A stretch of 64,000 nt of DNA from a virus: positions 5,059-69,058 of the IMG/VR virus record IMGVR_UViG_3300037312_000769; one strand, written 5' to 3'. The notes under the pieces are model-generated. The model ran no database searches, was not told the DNA's origin, and was given only the letters and a program-made list of their open reading frames with translations. The first letter of the stretch is position 1. Every line of letters begins with the position of its first letter. The position numbers were made by a program, and so were the translations under genes. Below are positions 44,941-54,113 of this stretch, in pieces.

Positions 44941-44999
44941 CTATACAAGATACTCTTGCAATACAAGCGACTCTTGCATTGGCGCAAGAAAACCTTGCG
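44941..44999. promoter_or_regulatory. O_R-like operator cluster between cro and cI
   Basis: Repeated half-sites ATACAAG / CTCTTGCA / CTTGCATTGgcGCAAGA in the divergent intergenic region. Confidence 0.45.
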
Positions 45000-45014
45000 G
45001 GTACTATTCCGCCC

Positions 45015-45734
45015 ATGAACATTCACCAGAGAATCAAGACGTTGCGGAAGAATCGGGGTCTGAGCCAGAAAGCCCTGGGGGCTATGGTCGGAGTGACGTA
45101 CCAGGCGGTGCAGCAGTGGGAGAGTGCGAAGTCTGCCCCTGAGCGCAAATTGCTTGAGGCGGTCGCCAATGCCCTAAAAACGACCCCGGAATACCTCTTA
45201 TTCGGGGCATCGAACGAACCTGAAGGTGGTGAAAATACCGATAGGGGTGCCAGTGGCGAGGCGGGATCGGAAAGTGCGACAAAAGTCTTACCGCTCGGGT
45301 ATTCTGTCAACAGCAAGAATTTCCGCCGTGTCTGTGTTGTGGGCCGAGGACAAGGCGGGCTGCCTGAGAGACTTTGGACAGACGGGGATTACCCAGTGGG
45401 CGCAACAGACGAGTTCGCAGAGATCGCAACGAGCGATCCGCATGCCTTCCTAACCCCCGTGGTTGGCCTATCGATGGTCCCGCGGTTCAACCCTGGTGAA
45501 TTCGCATTTGTGGAGCCCGGCACGGAGCCGGAGCCGGGTGACGATGTGCTTGTGCGGCTTACCACCGGCGAGACGCTGATAAAGAAGCTCAATTCGAAGC
45601 GCGGCGGAATCCTCGAGCTTTATTCCTACAACGAGCGCGAGCAGGGCGTATTGTTCTACAAACCAGAGGAAATCTCTTGGATGTACTACATCGCCCATCC
45701 GGTCCCGGCTCGGAAGATCAAGACGCGCATGTAG
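45015..45734 (+). CDS. cI: CI-like repressor (HTH_XRE plus S24 LexA-type peptidase)
   Basis: HTH LSQKALGAMVGVTYQAVQQWE. C-terminal S24 with Ser in VVGLSMVP and Lys in LIKKL. ATG at 45015 chosen. Confidence 0.8.
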   Translation: MNIHQRIKTLRKNRGLSQKALGAMVGVTYQAVQQWESAKSAPERKLLEAVANALKTTPEYLLFGASNEPEGGENTDRGASGEAGSESATKVLPLGYSVNSKNFRRVCVVGRGQGGLPERLWTDGDYPVGATDEFAEIATSDPHAFLTPVVGLSMVPRFNPGEFAFVEPGTEPEPGDDVLVRLTTGETLIKKLNSKRGGILELYSYNEREQGVLFYKPEEISWMYYIAHPVPARKIKTRM

Positions 45735-45788
45735 GCGACTTCCCGGCGCCCGCCTAACAATCCCCGCAGAGGGGATTTTTTTCGTCCA

Positions 45789-45830
45789 TCGATACAAGAT
45801 ATGCTTGCATTGCAAGAAGTCCTTGTATAA
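45789..45830. promoter_or_regulatory. O_L-like operator (37-bp dyad)
   Basis: ATACAAGatatgCTTGCAtTGCAAGaagtcCTTGTAT is a near-perfect inverted repeat using the same half-sites as the cro-cI intergenic operator. Confidence 0.45.
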
Positions 45831-46053
45831 GATTCACTCCATCGCAGCACACAACGCACCGGAGATAAACATGAGCAAGAGCGAAATGGTCCGCCGCTTA
45901 ACGCAAACCATCGCTGAGTGCGATCGCTTCATCGCCAAAGAATCTGCTCGGCCCGCCGATACGCGCCCTGCTGACATGCAACAGCACCTCGATTTCTGCA
46001 TTGGCCATAAGGCGAAGTTGGAAAACATGATGGCCGAGGCGGTGGCAGCGTGA
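45805..46053 (+). CDS. hypothetical early protein (N-like position)
   Basis: First ORF after the operator. The real start is probably the internal MSKSEMV. Confidence 0.35.
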   Translation: MHCKKSLYKIHSIAAHNAPEINMSKSEMVRRLTQTIAECDRFIAKESARPADTRPADMQQHLDFCIGHKAKLENMMAEAVAA

Positions 46054-46286
46054 ACGTCGACCCGTCCAGACGCGAGGAGATAGAGGCGAATGCCGACGCC
46101 TTTATCGCCGGCTGCGGCGACAAGATCCGGGGACGCATGATCGAAGAAGGGATGCGAGATGCGAGCGACGCGGAGATTGAGCGAGTACTCGGCCCGTGCG
46201 TATGTGGAGCATGGCTCGTTACCGTCGCAAAGGTCATGCGAAGCAGGGGAATGCTCGGCGCCGATGTTATCGGGCACCGCGCCTAA
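46050..46286 (+). CDS. hypothetical protein
   Basis: 78-aa ORF with a 4-bp overlap. Confidence 0.35.
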   Translation: MNVDPSRREEIEANADAFIAGCGDKIRGRMIEEGMRDASDAEIERVLGPCVCGAWLVTVAKVMRSRGMLGADVIGHRA

Positions 46287-46326
46287 CAACCGCGCCAGGC
46301 TTCGGCCTGGCAGTACGAAGGAGATG

Positions 46327-46503
46327 AGCATGCGCGAGTGGATCGTCCTGATTTACGCCAGCGAATGGCACACGAACGCGACGTGGGCGTTCGAAGTAAT
46401 CGCAGACAGCAAATGCATGGCGATCTCCTCCGCAATGTGGTGGTTCAAGTCCTCGGCTGAATACACGGACGATTTTGATCGAGTGCAGGCGAACCCGCAG
46501 TAA
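46327..46503 (+). CDS. hypothetical small Trp-rich protein
   Basis: Internal ATG of ORF 46159..46503. High GC3 supports coding. Confidence 0.4.
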   Translation, partial: SMREWIVLIYASEWHTNATWAFEVIADSKCMAISSAMWWFKSSAEYTDDFDRVQANPQ

Positions 46504-47295
46504 ATGTCCTTATCGCAGAGCCTATGTGGCTCTCCAATGCGGATAACGCAGTAGAAGTACCCCGGAAAAATACGGGCCTCGCCAAAGTGCCAGCCCGGTA
46601 GCGCCAAACGTTCTTTAAGAATACCGACGAGATAAACAGATGCGATGGCGCAAGCCGACAGCATCCACCCCTTGGCCCTGCGCGGGTGAAGCAAAAGCGC
46701 GGGAAATGGCGGCCAGACGAGCTGCTACCGAAAGGCGCCCTGATCGATGGCGCGGTAGTCGATCGAACCGTGCGGGGATGGGAGACAGACCTGAACCGCA
46801 CGAGTAACCACCAGTTTTCACGAAAGCGCATTGCGCTCCCCCTCATAGAGGCGCGGATCCCGCTGGGCGGCGTACCTCATGCAGAAAATCGCATGGATCA
46901 GGCACTCGCCGATGCTAAACCCATCGAAACGGCGACCCTTCATCTCTCTCCCTGAGATAGCGCAGTGCGCCTCCGTGAGCGCTGAGTGAATGGCGTTGTG
47001 AAGTGCGCGAGCTCGAAGAATGGAGCGCACAAACCAGTCGGCCGCGCTGGATTCGCTCAGATGCAGCGAACAGCGCGGATGCAAGAAATCGGCCGAACAA
47101 GCATACCGTCTCCATGCGGGGTCGATAGCCGGTTAGCGCCCGGCCACAGCGTCATTCACTGAGCACTGAATTCCCGCCCCAGGATATGGGGCATACCAGC
47201 GGCCACAAGGCCATAGCGATAGGGGATGCCTCCCGCTAGGAGGCTGATCGAATTCAACTGAGCAGCACAGTTAGTAGTCCTAACGGAGGCCGCGA

Positions 47296-47427
47296 TGAGC
47301 GTCTTAGCCAAAGATTTGCGGGCGTTGCGCGCTTATCCGCGCGGCGCACTCGTCGATCACATGCTGCGCGAGATCGCTGCTGCGCTGATCTCAGAAGGTC
47401 TTCGAAACGATCTCGGAGGATGTTAAT
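47296..47427 (+). CDS. small protein (43 aa)
   Basis: GGAGG Shine-Dalgarno 5 nt upstream. The stop overlaps the next ATG. Confidence 0.3.
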
Positions 47428-47695
47428 GGACCCGAAAGAACTTGAGCGCGCCGAAAGGCACTACACGGCGCTCGCCGAAGAGGCAAAGGCGTTTGTCGAG
47501 CGCAGAGAAGGAGCAACGCTCCGGGACGAGTTCGCGATGCGGGCTATGCAGGGGATTCTGGCGATGGCACCTACATTTAATTCGCCCGGCGGGAGCCAGA
47601 CTGCTTTTGACGCCGGAAACCCCGAGCATGTGAGGGCGCTGTTGAAAATCTCTTACGAAATCGCCGACGAGGCAATGATCGCACGGAGAGTCTGA
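47420..47695 (+). CDS. hypothetical protein
   Basis: 91-aa ORF with a GGAGG Shine-Dalgarno. Confidence 0.4.
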   Translation: MLMDPKELERAERHYTALAEEAKAFVERREGATLRDEFAMRAMQGILAMAPTFNSPGGSQTAFDAGNPEHVRALLKISYEIADEAMIARRV

Positions 47696-47861
47696 CATGA
47701 CCGCAACAATCGCAACCGTCCTGCTTTCTGGCTGGGCGATCGTCGCTCTCTTCGCTGTGGCAATCGTGCGTGGCGCGCAATGACTACCCGCGCCCGATTT
47801 AGAGAAATGAGCGAATGGGTCGTGAGCCGCGACCTACAACGCTATCACGACCAGGAGGTCG

Positions 47862-48113
47862 ATGATGAATCCGAAACTCAGGATCGGCAACGTGACGATG
47901 AGCGAAAAGGAGCGAGAGGCGCGTCGCAATCAGCCGTTGAAAGTGAGGGTGCTTGACCGCTGCGACCACTGCGGCCAGATGAAAGAGGAAGTCACCAAGC
48001 ACAGCTACAACAACTTCTGGCCTACGTGGTCGTTGAACATGGAATCGTGTGCCGAGTGTTTCGCCGAGGCGAAGAAGAAGGCGGCCGACGAGGCTTATGC
48101 GGGTGTTTGTTGA
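47862..48113 (+). CDS. hypothetical Cys-containing protein
   Basis: 83 aa; CDHCGQ...CAEC motifs. Confidence 0.4.
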   Translation: MMNPKLRIGNVTMSEKEREARRNQPLKVRVLDRCDHCGQMKEEVTKHSYNNFWPTWSLNMESCAECFAEAKKKAADEAYAGVC

Positions 48114-48114
48114 T

Positions 48115-48642
48115 ATGAAGCACTTCCAATGCGCCCAGTGCGGCACCCAAGCAAGTCGGAAATCCGGGAGCGTTAATCGAGCACTGAAGATCGGTGCCCC
48201 GTTGTATTGCGGGAAGACCTGTGCCGGACTGGCAAGGCGCAACAAGAACCCGCCGACAGAGGAAGAGCGCAAAGCCGCCAAAGCAGCATATGACGCCAAG
48301 CGTCGCGCCGAAAAGGCGGAAGAGATCAAGGCGGCAAAGGCCGCCTACTACCAGCGAACTCGTGACCCGGAGAGGGAGCGAGAGATCCGGCGGCAGAACA
48401 AGGGGCGCCACGTCGAGTACTGCCGACGCCCCGAGTACCGAGCAAAAAAGGCAGAGTACGACCGGCAAAAGCACCTAGCCGAATACGGGCCATTGGCGGA
48501 CGCAGTACCGCTGCTTGAAGAACTCGAGCGCGAGATCCGATCCCGCGCGTCATCTTATGCAGTCCGCGTAGCCAAGGGCTACTACACGCGCAGTGCGCAA
48601 AATCGAAGGAGAGAGTTATGGCAACTGAAGAAAAGGAACTGA
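48115..48642 (+). CDS. zinc-ribbon protein with a highly basic coiled-coil region
   Basis: CAQCG...CGKTC followed by a Lys/Arg/Glu-rich helix. Internal ATG at 48115. Confidence 0.4.
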   Translation: MKHFQCAQCGTQASRKSGSVNRALKIGAPLYCGKTCAGLARRNKNPPTEEERKAAKAAYDAKRRAEKAEEIKAAKAAYYQRTRDPEREREIRRQNKGRHVEYCRRPEYRAKKAEYDRQKHLAEYGPLADAVPLLEELEREIRSRASSYAVRVAKGYYTRSAQNRRRELWQLKKRN

Positions 48643-48836
48643 ACGCATCCAACCTCAAGTCTGCTCTATGGTCGACTCTGCAGGACCTTCGAAGCGGATC
48701 GATCCAGCCCGGTCAAGGTGACGCCATCGCATCCCAGGCGCGAGAGATTTTGCGCACGGTGAAGACGCAGCTTCAAGTAACGCAGCAGAGCAAACGCAGC
48801 GTCCCGGCCGACGTGATCGCGTTCGCGGAAAAGTGA
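48618..48836 (+). CDS. hypothetical protein
   Basis: 72-aa ORF. Confidence 0.3.
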   Translation: MATEEKELNASNLKSALWSTLQDLRSGSIQPGQGDAIASQAREILRTVKTQLQVTQQSKRSVPADVIAFAEK

Positions 48837-48902
48837 ACGATACCCGGCATGAAAGCGGTGGCCGATGAGGATTGCTCGGGCTGTGTTTGTTGAGGGGATG
48901 AA

Positions 48903-49145
48903 ATGAGCGAAGTGAAAGACATCGAAGGCCGCATTAAAGCGATTGTCGCGGAGCAGGTTTGCAGGGATGTTGGCGAGATCGATCTCGCGAAAGACCTGAG
49001 CGAGGAATACGAATGCGACTCGCTAGATCAAGTCGAACTGGTGATGACGATCGAAGACGACTTCGAGATCGAGGTCACAGACGAAGAGATGTACGCGGTC
49101 AAGACCGGGCAGCAGGCAGTCGATCTGGTGCGCAAGAAGGTTTGA
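48903..49145 (+). CDS. acyl carrier protein-like protein
   Basis: EYECDSLDQVELVMTIEDDFEIEVTDEE aligns with the ACP DSLD(T)VELVMALEEEF phosphopantetheine-attachment motif. 80 aa, acidic. Confidence 0.7.
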   Translation: MSEVKDIEGRIKAIVAEQVCRDVGEIDLAKDLSEEYECDSLDQVELVMTIEDDFEIEVTDEEMYAVKTGQQAVDLVRKKV

Positions 49146-49305
49146 TTTTCCCACGAGCGAAGCCAGCGCGGCTCTCAACAGCGTCAAGTCGGGTGGGAAG
49201 CCCGGCGCCCTTAGTGGTGGCGACTACCGCAATAGACGACATGGGGCCTCGCCTATGAGCGCGGTGAGCGGACGAGATAGTCGCTACCACTGAGGGCGGC
49301 ACTGA

Positions 49306-50718
49306 TTGGAGAACGAAGTGAAAGAACAAGAATTGCGCGATGCGCTAGACGAAGCTAAGCGATTCGCTCGTGAGCATTTGGCCGAGTGCGCAGGGGAATT
49401 GATCGAATGGTCCGACACGGCGCGTTTGCGAGATGGGAGGGTCAGGGAGTTGGCAAGGCTGCTCACCAAGATCAATCAAACGGATTCTCTAACTCTCGCC
49501 GAAAACTGCGTGAAGCGTGCGTCTATTGAGCAGTCAGCGGCAGGCGCCGCCCAGCCGTCAGCCGCAGAGGGGGCGAAGGGGGAGCCGGAAGGCGCTGTGA
49601 CCGAGCACCTTCGGTGCGTTCTTGACCTCACACGTGAGGCGTTGGCCGGCGTCATTCAGGACGCGGAAGCTACCTATAACGCAGCCCAAAGCGGAAAACC
49701 GATCGAAATCAGCATCGGCCAGTTTCGTCGTCTGGAAGAAGCAAAAACGCGATTGGGCAGCGCCGCTCCCGCATCGAGCGCCAGCGAGGAACAATTCAAT
49801 GTTCATCCAGACTTTGAAAAGTATCTGCCCGAATTCGAGAAACTATGGGCTATGCATACGGCAACGTCGGATTTGAAGAATTTAGCGTTCTTCTACTACC
49901 GGCACGGTTGCGTCAGCGATCGGGAAGCAGAGTGTTCGGGTAAGAGCAGATGCGACTGGCATCCCGATTTCATCGTCGCGACTTACGAAAACCAATCCGA
50001 TCGACTGTACACGATGGACCAAATGCGTGAGTACGCGGATGCGTTTCATCGCTCGCGGATTGAGGCGGGAGGGGATGAGGCGATCTATCAAACCGGATGG
50101 GAGCGACCGCCGAATCAATGGGGCGACGTGCCGAAGGACGCCTACGACGATTACCGCTCGTTCGGATACACGCGACGGCGGATCGTCTACACGCGCCCCG
50201 CGCCGATGGATGCGCGCGGGGATGGGGCGATCCTGTGGCAAGCGCGCAATATCCGCGACCAACGTCAGACCTCCAAATGGCACGAAGTAGAAAGTGCCCA
50301 ATGGGCTAAACACACATACGACCGGCCTGGGCACGTTGACGAACACGGATATGAAGTGCGTCCGATGTTCACCCGCCCCGCGCCCGCCAATAAGGCGTTC
50401 GGCCTGACAGAGCAAGTCTTAGCCCAAGCCGTCAAGACGTGGTTCCCGGACCGTGCGTATCAAGCGCCATTCTTCGCGCGCTCGCTCTTAGCGTCTTACG
50501 AGCAGCCGAGCGCGGAGGCGATGACGGATGACGCGCGCCGGACGCTGAACGATGCGATCACGCTCATTGCTGAGGCTGCCGATAGCATCAAAGCCGGATG
50601 CGCCATTGATAACGAGTGGCCGGATGCGGAGTATAAGGCCGAGTACGATCAGCAGGTCGATGTTCTCGATCGATTGCGCGCTTTGCTCGCCGCCGCTCCT
50701 GCCGATGCGAAGAAATGA
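49306..50718 (+). CDS. large hypothetical protein (470 aa)
   Basis: Long ORF immediately downstream of the ACP-like gene. No recognised domain. Confidence 0.45.
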   Translation: MENEVKEQELRDALDEAKRFAREHLAECAGELIEWSDTARLRDGRVRELARLLTKINQTDSLTLAENCVKRASIEQSAAGAAQPSAAEGAKGEPEGAVTEHLRCVLDLTREALAGVIQDAEATYNAAQSGKPIEISIGQFRRLEEAKTRLGSAAPASSASEEQFNVHPDFEKYLPEFEKLWAMHTATSDLKNLAFFYYRHGCVSDREAECSGKSRCDWHPDFIVATYENQSDRLYTMDQMREYADAFHRSRIEAGGDEAIYQTGWERPPNQWGDVPKDAYDDYRSFGYTRRRIVYTRPAPMDARGDGAILWQARNIRDQRQTSKWHEVESAQWAKHTYDRPGHVDEHGYEVRPMFTRPAPANKAFGLTEQVLAQAVKTWFPDRAYQAPFFARSLLASYEQPSAEAMTDDARRTLNDAITLIAEAADSIKAGCAIDNEWPDAEYKAEYDQQVDVLDRLRALLAAAPADAKK

Positions 50719-50853
50719 CGCCTGACCTAACGCCTCGCGATCTGCGCCTGATCGAAGCAACGCACTCCGTATTCAAAGCATTTTCCTTCGGCTCGTTCGC
50801 CGCTCTAGCGATCGCGCCTTTCATCGAACACGGCCGATTGCTGTGTCTGCTTA

Positions 50854-51189
50854 TTGGAGGTTGAGATGAGCAAGCTATTTCGAAAGTTCTGGCTCCGCAG
50901 CGACGAACGCCGCGCCCGCGACACCCTTCAGGAAATCTGCGATGACAGAGTAGTGGCGCGCCGGCGTCTGGATCAACTGAACCGCGACGCAGACCGAGCA
51001 TTACGCGAGGCGCAGGAGTTGGAGCTTGAGCGGTTCCGCGTCTCGTTCTTCGGGCGACGCAACACTGTGCGTTCGGCTTTTTCCGAGGGCTCGGCGAAGC
51101 GGTTTGGCATCACTGAGCCGACGAGCATGGTTGTCCGCGTTCGACCTGTTTCCGTTGTCAAGTTGGCTCGACTGAAGGCGGCTGCATGA
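50854..51189 (+). CDS. hypothetical protein
   Basis: 111-aa ORF. Confidence 0.35.
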   Translation: MEVEMSKLFRKFWLRSDERRARDTLQEICDDRVVARRRLDQLNRDADRALREAQELELERFRVSFFGRRNTVRSAFSEGSAKRFGITEPTSMVVRVRPVSVVKLARLKAAA

Positions 51190-51392
51190 ACCTCGAAATG
51201 TGGATGTCGCCGCTGACGCATCGGATCTATGTCGGCCGGTCAAAGAACGGCGTAGCGACGAGCAAGCAAGACGTGACGGCGCAATGCATCAATGGCGCTA
51301 TCACCCATTTGGTCGCGATCAACGATACAGAGATCATCGTCACCCTCGACGAGGGGCGGTATCGCGTGAAGATCGAGAGGGAACCGACATGA
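51186..51392 (+). CDS. hypothetical small protein
   Basis: 68 aa with a 4-bp overlap. Confidence 0.35.
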   Translation: MNLEMWMSPLTHRIYVGRSKNGVATSKQDVTAQCINGAITHLVAINDTEIIVTLDEGRYRVKIEREPT

Positions 51393-51552
51393 TCCGCCGC
51401 TTCGACAAATTCTACGAACGCCGCCCGCGTCTTTGCTTTGCACTGATGATCTCCGCCGCGTTCGTGCTGATGGCTATCGCCAAGGCTTGGGATAAATCAG
51501 ATGCCGCGGCGATGCACATGCAGTGGCTTGCAACTATGTCTAGAGGGCAAAC

Positions 51553-52752
51553 ATGATCGTCTTTTCCAACCCTGGAGAGATCGATGTTTTGTCGATCTCC
51601 TCCTTCGGTGTGAGCGTCAAAGAAGGCGACACGCCAATCGGATTTTTCGGGACTGGCCTGAAGTATGCGATCGCCGTTCTCCTGCGTTGTGGCCACAAGA
51701 TCACGATCTACTCGGGCGAAACGGTGATCGAGTTTTGCATCCTGCACGAAACGGTGCGAGGCAAAGCGTTCGATTTCATCGCCATGAAGGTCGACGGCGC
51801 CCAAGCTGAACGGCTCGGATTCACGACCGAACTCGGTAAGCAGTGGGAAATGTGGATGGCTTACCGCGAGATTGCTTGCAACTGCAAGGACGAAGACGGT
51901 CACGTCTCACGCGAGCGAGACTGGCCCAAGCCAGAGGCCGGCACGACGAAGATCATCGTGATAGGCGAGGAATTTGATGCCGTGTTCTCGCAATCGAGCC
52001 TCCATATTTTGGAGGATGCGCCGGCGCTGACGATCGGAGATATCGAGATCCGCAAGCGCAAAGGCTCGAGCTTTTATTACCGTGGCGTCCGTGTTCAAGA
52101 ATTCAGCAGGCCCGGCTTGTTCACCTACAACGACACAGCGCATATCGAGCTGACCGAGGATCGAACGGTCAAGAATCAGTGGGAGCCCGCGTATCGGATC
52201 GCTAAGGCGCTATTGCGCGCGGAGGACGAATCCTTGATGCGCGAGGTCATCACGGCGAGCGATCAAACGTTGGAGGGCTCGCTGGACTTTCACGGGTGGG
52301 GGATTGCCCCAAGCGAGACGTTTCTCAAGGTCGTCGGCGATTGCATGGCTGATCGCATGCTGAGGGTCAACCAAACAGCAATGAGGGTCTGGAAGGAGGC
52401 GACGAGCAAGGAATTCACCCCTCGCGAAGTCACCCTGAGCAAGGTTCAGAAAATGAGCGTCGAGCGAGCCTTGGACTTCTGCTCTCGCCTTGGTTTCCAG
52501 ATCCGCGGAGCGTACCCAATCAAGTTCGTCGAGAGCCTGGGTGAGGGTGGTTTAGGTCTAGCGCAAAACGAAACGATCTACATCGCCGAAATCGTCCTAA
52601 ACATGGGCGGCACGAAGCAACTCGCTTCGACGCTGATCGAGGAATACATCCACCTTCGCCACGGCTGGAAAGACATGACGCGCGAGCTTCAAAACTTCCT
52701 GTTCGACAAGCTGGTTAGTGTCGGCGAGGAACTGGTTGGCGAGCCACTATGA
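51553..52752 (+). CDS. large hypothetical protein (399 aa)
   Basis: Long ORF. No recognised domain. Confidence 0.45.
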   Translation: MIVFSNPGEIDVLSISSFGVSVKEGDTPIGFFGTGLKYAIAVLLRCGHKITIYSGETVIEFCILHETVRGKAFDFIAMKVDGAQAERLGFTTELGKQWEMWMAYREIACNCKDEDGHVSRERDWPKPEAGTTKIIVIGEEFDAVFSQSSLHILEDAPALTIGDIEIRKRKGSSFYYRGVRVQEFSRPGLFTYNDTAHIELTEDRTVKNQWEPAYRIAKALLRAEDESLMREVITASDQTLEGSLDFHGWGIAPSETFLKVVGDCMADRMLRVNQTAMRVWKEATSKEFTPREVTLSKVQKMSVERALDFCSRLGFQIRGAYPIKFVESLGEGGLGLAQNETIYIAEIVLNMGGTKQLASTLIEEYIHLRHGWKDMTRELQNFLFDKLVSVGEELVGEPL

Positions 52753-52809
52753 ATGGCGGCGAAGATGATGGTGGCCCATCGTGGTTGCCGATCGATACGT
52801 TAGAAGCAT

Positions 52810-53385
52810 ATGAACAACAGGCGGCGCAACGAATTGCGCGCAATTGTCGGAACTGCGGCTATGGAGGCCGAAATGGACAATCAACAGAGCAAGACTCACT
52901 GGAAGCGACTGATCAACCCGGACTATATCGGCGCCTACGCCCTGAACCCGGATGAAGACCTGACGGTCACGATCGAATATGTCCAGAGAGAGGTAATCAC
53001 CGGAGTCGATGGCAAGAAAGAAGAGGCGACTGTCGCCCATCTCAAGGGACATAAGCCGCTGATCCTCAACGTAACCAACTCGAAGTCGATTGCCAAGTTG
53101 TACGGGCCTTACATCGAGGAATGGGCTGGAAAGGACATCACCCTGTACGCGAGCATGACGAAGGCGTTCGGGGACATCGTTGAGTGTCTGCGAATTCGGC
53201 CGTCTGTCGCGAGAAGGCGCAAGCCGCAGATCACGCCAGATCGATTGAAGAAGGCCATCAAATCGATCACCGATGGGCAGTACACGACCGAAAAGCTGCG
53301 CGCTCAGTTCGATCTGACCGAGGCGCAAGAAAAGGAAGTCGACGAAGCCATACGCGCTGCTGTGGAGGGAACTCAAAATGCTTAA
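52810..53385 (+). CDS. hypothetical protein, possible single-strand annealing partner of the exonuclease
   Basis: Overlaps the YqaJ-like gene start by 8 nt. No diagnostic motif. Confidence 0.35.
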   Translation: MNNRRRNELRAIVGTAAMEAEMDNQQSKTHWKRLINPDYIGAYALNPDEDLTVTIEYVQREVITGVDGKKEEATVAHLKGHKPLILNVTNSKSIAKLYGPYIEEWAGKDITLYASMTKAFGDIVECLRIRPSVARRRKPQITPDRLKKAIKSITDGQYTTEKLRAQFDLTEAQEKEVDEAIRAAVEGTQNA

Positions 53386-54010
53386 GATTCGCTGCTCGTC
53401 GCTCGGAAAGATCATGACCGAGCCGAAGAGCAAATCCGAGAAACTATCGGTTGGCGCCAAGACGTACATCGAAGACCTCGCTAAGGAATTCGTGTACGGC
53501 TACCAGAAGGTGATTTCCTCGAAGGAGATGGAGAAGGGAACCCTTGTCGAGCCTCATTCGATCGCACTCATCAACGATGTGTTCTTCACGAGCTACGAGA
53601 AGAACACGGAGCGCCGCGAAAACGAGTGGTTGACGGGCGAGTGCGATATCTGGGTGCCCAAAGTCAAGATCATCGACGTCAAATCTCCATGGTCGCTCGC
53701 CACGTTCCCCGCCACGGTGTTTGCCGGCCAGGACAAGGATTACGAGTGGCAAGGCCGCGGCTATATGATGCTATGGGACGAAGATCTGTTTGAGATCAAC
53801 TATTGCATGGTCAATACCCCGGACGAATTGATCCGGTTCGAGGATCCGTCCATTCACTACGTTGACCATATCGAGCCATCACTGAGAATCACGCGCGTCC
53901 CATATGAGCGCGACCGGACTCTTGAAGACAAAATCAAGGAAAAGGTCGAAGCAGCTCGCGAGTACTTCAATGAGATCGTCGAAACGATCGGTCTAGAACA
54001 CGCAGCCTGA
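53378..54010 (+). CDS. YqaJ-like viral recombinase exonuclease (lambda Exo / PD-(D/E)xK fold)
   Basis: N-terminus IRCSSLGKIMTE plus ECDIW...IIDVKS catalytic residues. Confidence 0.65.
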   Translation: MLKIRCSSLGKIMTEPKSKSEKLSVGAKTYIEDLAKEFVYGYQKVISSKEMEKGTLVEPHSIALINDVFFTSYEKNTERRENEWLTGECDIWVPKVKIIDVKSPWSLATFPATVFAGQDKDYEWQGRGYMMLWDEDLFEINYCMVNTPDELIRFEDPSIHYVDHIEPSLRITRVPYERDRTLEDKIKEKVEAAREYFNEIVETIGLEHAA

Positions 54011-54113
54011 CCCCACGCCCCTCCCGCCAGCACAACAGGCATTGGCCCAGCGCGTTTCGCCGACGCTGCTGGCGGGGTAGGGGCGTCCATCAATTTTAAA
54101 CACGAAGGAAAAC

